Shown: positions 60,721 through 64,000 of the stretch, piece by piece
Layout of the letters: every line of letters starts with the position of its first letter
How positions within the stretch are numbered: position 1 is the first letter of the stretch
Source of the DNA: Trueperaceae bacterium
GTDB lineage: Bacteria > Deinococcota > Deinococci > Deinococcales > Trueperaceae
NCBI GenBank assembly: GCA_965213925.1
Contig: OZ243927.1
Location: 1,184,001-1,248,000 of the forward strand
DNA length: 64,000 bases
Direction: 5' to 3'
Notes under the pieces: model-generated
The model's database searches: none
Told to the model about the DNA's origin: nothing
What the model saw: only the letters and a program-made list of their open reading frames with translations
Position numbers and translations under genes: made by a program

Positions 60721-60880
60721 CTTAGTGCTTAAGGTGTGAGAGGCCTTGGGCTCGAGCCTCGCCCTTGCTCAGCTAACGCGACCCCGACTGATTACGACAC
60801 CGACTTTATGCATCAGGACCGAATTTCAGACTGGATAGGCGTGGTAGGTTAGCCCTCGAGATGAATTCGAGGGGGACATC

Positions 60881-63379
60881 GTGGATTTTGTCGAACGCAT
60901 TACACGCTTAGAGGTTGGACCCGACTTACAGACGCCCGGCACGCTCCAGGGCTACGAGCAGCGCGGCAGAACCGTGGAGGCGAGCTTTGAGCGCGGCAAG
61001 CTGCGCGTGACCTCGTTTGCCGAGGGCATCGTCCGGGCGCACTTTTCACTCACGGGAGAGTTTGCGCCGCGCCGCCCGTGGTCGATTACCGAGCCAGAAG
61101 CGAGCTTTGACGCGCCTGACTGGACCGTGCAAGAGGTGACGGGCGGGCTCGTGCTGTCAGCGGGGCTTCTGAAGGTTCATCTGGCTAAAGACGGCAGGCT
61201 GAGCCTCGAGCGAGATGGCGTCACGTTCGCCGAGGACGCGCTGCCCCCGCGCTGGCGCGAGATTCGGGCGCAAGACACCGACATGCGGCTGCGCAAAGGG
61301 GACGAACTGCCTGAAGGACGTGCCCGCTTAGAGGTGCGCTCGACGAAAACGCTGCCCTTGGACGAGGCCGTGTACGGTTTGGGCGAGCGCATCGGCAAAC
61401 TCGGGCGGCGCGGGCGCGTCCTGTCGAACTGGAACTTCGACCCCGATTGGGGACACGGACGCCACCAGAGCAACCTCTACCAGTCGCACCCGGCGCTCTT
61501 AGCGGTGCGTCCCGGCTTGGCGTGGGGGCTATTCTTAGCGTCGAGCTTTTACAGTCAGTTCGACGTGGGTCAAGCCAACTGGGAACGTCTGGAGTCGCTC
61601 ACGCTAGGCGGCGAACTCGACCTGTACCTCTTCTGCGGTCCGACGCCCGCCGAGGTCACGGAGCAGATGACGCGCCTGACCGGGCGTCCCTTCATGCCGC
61701 CCCTATGGGCTTTGGGCTACCACCAGTCGCGCTGGGGCTACCGCAGCGACGAGGAGATGCGCCGCTTGGTGCAGAACTTCCGGGGCGGCGACATCCCCCT
61801 GGACGTTTTGCACTTCGACATCGACTACATGCGCGGCTACCGCGACTTCACCTGGCACCCGGAGCGCTTTAGCGACCCGAAAGAACTGCTGGACGACCTG
61901 CGTGACGAGGGCGTCCGCGCGGTGACGATTTTGGACCCCGGCGTCAAGAACGACCTGGACGGATATGGCGCAGCCGAGCGCGGCGCGGAGCGAGAGGTCT
62001 TTATCGAGAACGAGGACGGCTCGCGCTTCGTGGGCTACTGCTGGCCCGGCGAGGCGCTCTTCCCCGACTACACCCGTGAAGAGGTGCGGGCGTGGTGGGG
62101 TGACGAGCTAAAGGAGAGCCATATCGACACGGGCGTCGCGGGCGTGTGGGTGGACATGAACGAGCCCTCCATTTTCGACGCGCCTTTCGACAGCGAAGAG
62201 ATTCCCGTCCAAAAGCCGCTGCCCCTCGCGACCCCACAAGGTGGAGGGCAAGGAGGCGACGAAAACGTCACGCACGCCACAACACATGCTGAGGTGCATA
62301 ACCTCTACGGTCACTTGATGGCGAGGGCCACCTTCGAGGGTCTTTACCGTCACCGCCCGGACGAGCGACCTTGGGTCTTGACGCGGAGCGCCTTTATCGG
62401 CACGCAGCGCTACGCCGCGAGCTGGATGGGCGACAACTCGTCGTGGTGGGAGCACCTGGAGGCGAGCTTGCCGCAGCTCTCGAGCATGGGGCTCGTCGGC
62501 TCCCCCTGGGTCGGCGTGGACATCGGCGGCTTCTTTGAAAACGCTCATCCCGAACTCTACGCCCGCTGGGTCCAACTCGGCACCTTCTACCCCTTTATGC
62601 GCACCCACACCTGCCAGGGCACGCACGCCCAGGAGCCCTGGTCGTTCGGCAACGACGTTGAGGAGATCGCGCGGCAGGCTATCAAGCTCCGCTACCGCTT
62701 GCTGCCGTACCTCTACACGCTGGCGCACCACGCCCACGAACGCGGCGAGCCCTCCTTCAGACCGCTCGTCTTCGACTTTCCCAACGACGCGCACGTCTAC
62801 CAGCTCCAAGACCAGGTGATGGTCGGTCCGCACCTCTTAGTCGCGCCCATCTACCACCCCGGCGAGACCCACCGCATGGTGTATCTGCCCGCTGGCACCT
62901 GGTACAACTTCTGGACAGGGCAAAAGGTCACCGCAGGGCACCACACGGTCCAAGCGCCGCTCGGGCGCATCCCCGTTTTCGTGAGAGGGGGCGCGGTCTT
63001 GCCGCTCGGCAACGAACGCGACTCGACGACGCAGCCTATGAGCGAACTCACGCTGAACGTCTACCCGGCCGGCGAACGCGCTTGGACAGTCCTGGAAGAC
63101 GACGGGCTCAGCTTCGCGTACCAAGAGGGCGAGCTAGCGCGGCTAGAGACGCACGTCAGCGAGACGGACGACGCGGTTCACGTGACCGTCACGCCCGATT
63201 ACGAGAGGTTCGAGCCCGCGCCGCGCGTTCTCGTCCTGGCGATCTGTCTGGCGTCGCCGCCCGAGCGCGTCACCCTGGCGGGCGAAGAGGTTGAGGGCGA
63301 CTGGGACGAAACGCGGCGCATGGCGAGCGTGCGTTGGCAGGATGACGGGCAGGCTAAAGAGGTCGTGGTGACGCGCTGA
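60881..63379 (+). CDS. Glycoside hydrolase family 31 (alpha-glucosidase-like)
   Basis: PLWALGYHQSRWGY, DIDY, WVDMNEP nucleophile, WMGDN, DIGGF. Confidence 0.95.
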   Translation: MDFVERITRLEVGPDLQTPGTLQGYEQRGRTVEASFERGKLRVTSFAEGIVRAHFSLTGEFAPRRPWSITEPEASFDAPDWTVQEVTGGLVLSAGLLKVHLAKDGRLSLERDGVTFAEDALPPRWREIRAQDTDMRLRKGDELPEGRARLEVRSTKTLPLDEAVYGLGERIGKLGRRGRVLSNWNFDPDWGHGRHQSNLYQSHPALLAVRPGLAWGLFLASSFYSQFDVGQANWERLESLTLGGELDLYLFCGPTPAEVTEQMTRLTGRPFMPPLWALGYHQSRWGYRSDEEMRRLVQNFRGGDIPLDVLHFDIDYMRGYRDFTWHPERFSDPKELLDDLRDEGVRAVTILDPGVKNDLDGYGAAERGAEREVFIENEDGSRFVGYCWPGEALFPDYTREEVRAWWGDELKESHIDTGVAGVWVDMNEPSIFDAPFDSEEIPVQKPLPLATPQGGGQGGDENVTHATTHAEVHNLYGHLMARATFEGLYRHRPDERPWVLTRSAFIGTQRYAASWMGDNSSWWEHLEASLPQLSSMGLVGSPWVGVDIGGFFENAHPELYARWVQLGTFYPFMRTHTCQGTHAQEPWSFGNDVEEIARQAIKLRYRLLPYLYTLAHHAHERGEPSFRPLVFDFPNDAHVYQLQDQVMVGPHLLVAPIYHPGETHRMVYLPAGTWYNFWTGQKVTAGHHTVQAPLGRIPVFVRGGAVLPLGNERDSTTQPMSELTLNVYPAGERAWTVLEDDGLSFAYQEGELARLETHVSETDDAVHVTVTPDYERFEPAPRVLVLAICLASPPERVTLAGEEVEGDWDETRRMASVRWQDDGQAKEVVVTR

Positions 63380-63406
63380 ACCTCTAACCAACTTCCTCTA
63401 CCTTAG

Positions 63407-63594
63407 TACACTGTTAAGTAAGTTTTGCGACCTTGTTGTCACCCCGAGTGGAGCGCAGCGTAATCGAGGGGTCTCGCCTCGCATTCTCTGTTAGACAAGA
63501 AGGCAAATGCAGAGATTCTTTCACTCCATAGCCTGCCCTGAGCAACGTCGAATGGGTTCCGTTCAGAATGACATGTTTCTTATTTGACAGTGTA
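63407..63594. mobile_element. MITE-like family A copy
   Basis: TIR TACACTGTTAAGTAA / TTATTTGACAGTGTA; 5-bp direct repeat CTTAG. Confidence 0.9.
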
Positions 63595-63641
63595 CTTAGG
63601 GGCACACCCGGCGCAATATGTCATACTCTTTCGGAGGAACG

Positions 63642-64000
<359 letters not shown>

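Overview
GC-rich bacterial chromosomal window; gene content and protein style suggest Deinococcota (Truepera-like), which is an inference. Housekeeping and metabolic genes include hydantoinase/oxoprolinase A+B, zwf, a glycolipid synthase plus flippase-like pair, pta, an amidase, guaD, SulP with a persulfide dioxygenase-rhodanese, a Lol-like ABC operon, an alpha-hydroxy-acid oxidase, a CheB/CheR-PAS signalling cluster, stress genes, a GH31 and a partial purA. Three things stand out. (1) A three-gene lipoprotein cluster (11.6-23.6 kb) appears to carry cohesin-like and dockerin-like modules, with a near-identical 905-bp anchor cassette fused to different malectin/propeller payloads. (2) A hierarchy of tiny (15-24 nt) hairpin insertions is nested inside each other, inside two MITE-like families and inside a dead IS3; both empty and filled sites are visible in this window. 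(3) Inverted heptamer arrays occur both empty and wrapped around a four-helix-bundle gene inside one operon. All calls were made by eye; no database search or alignment program was run.
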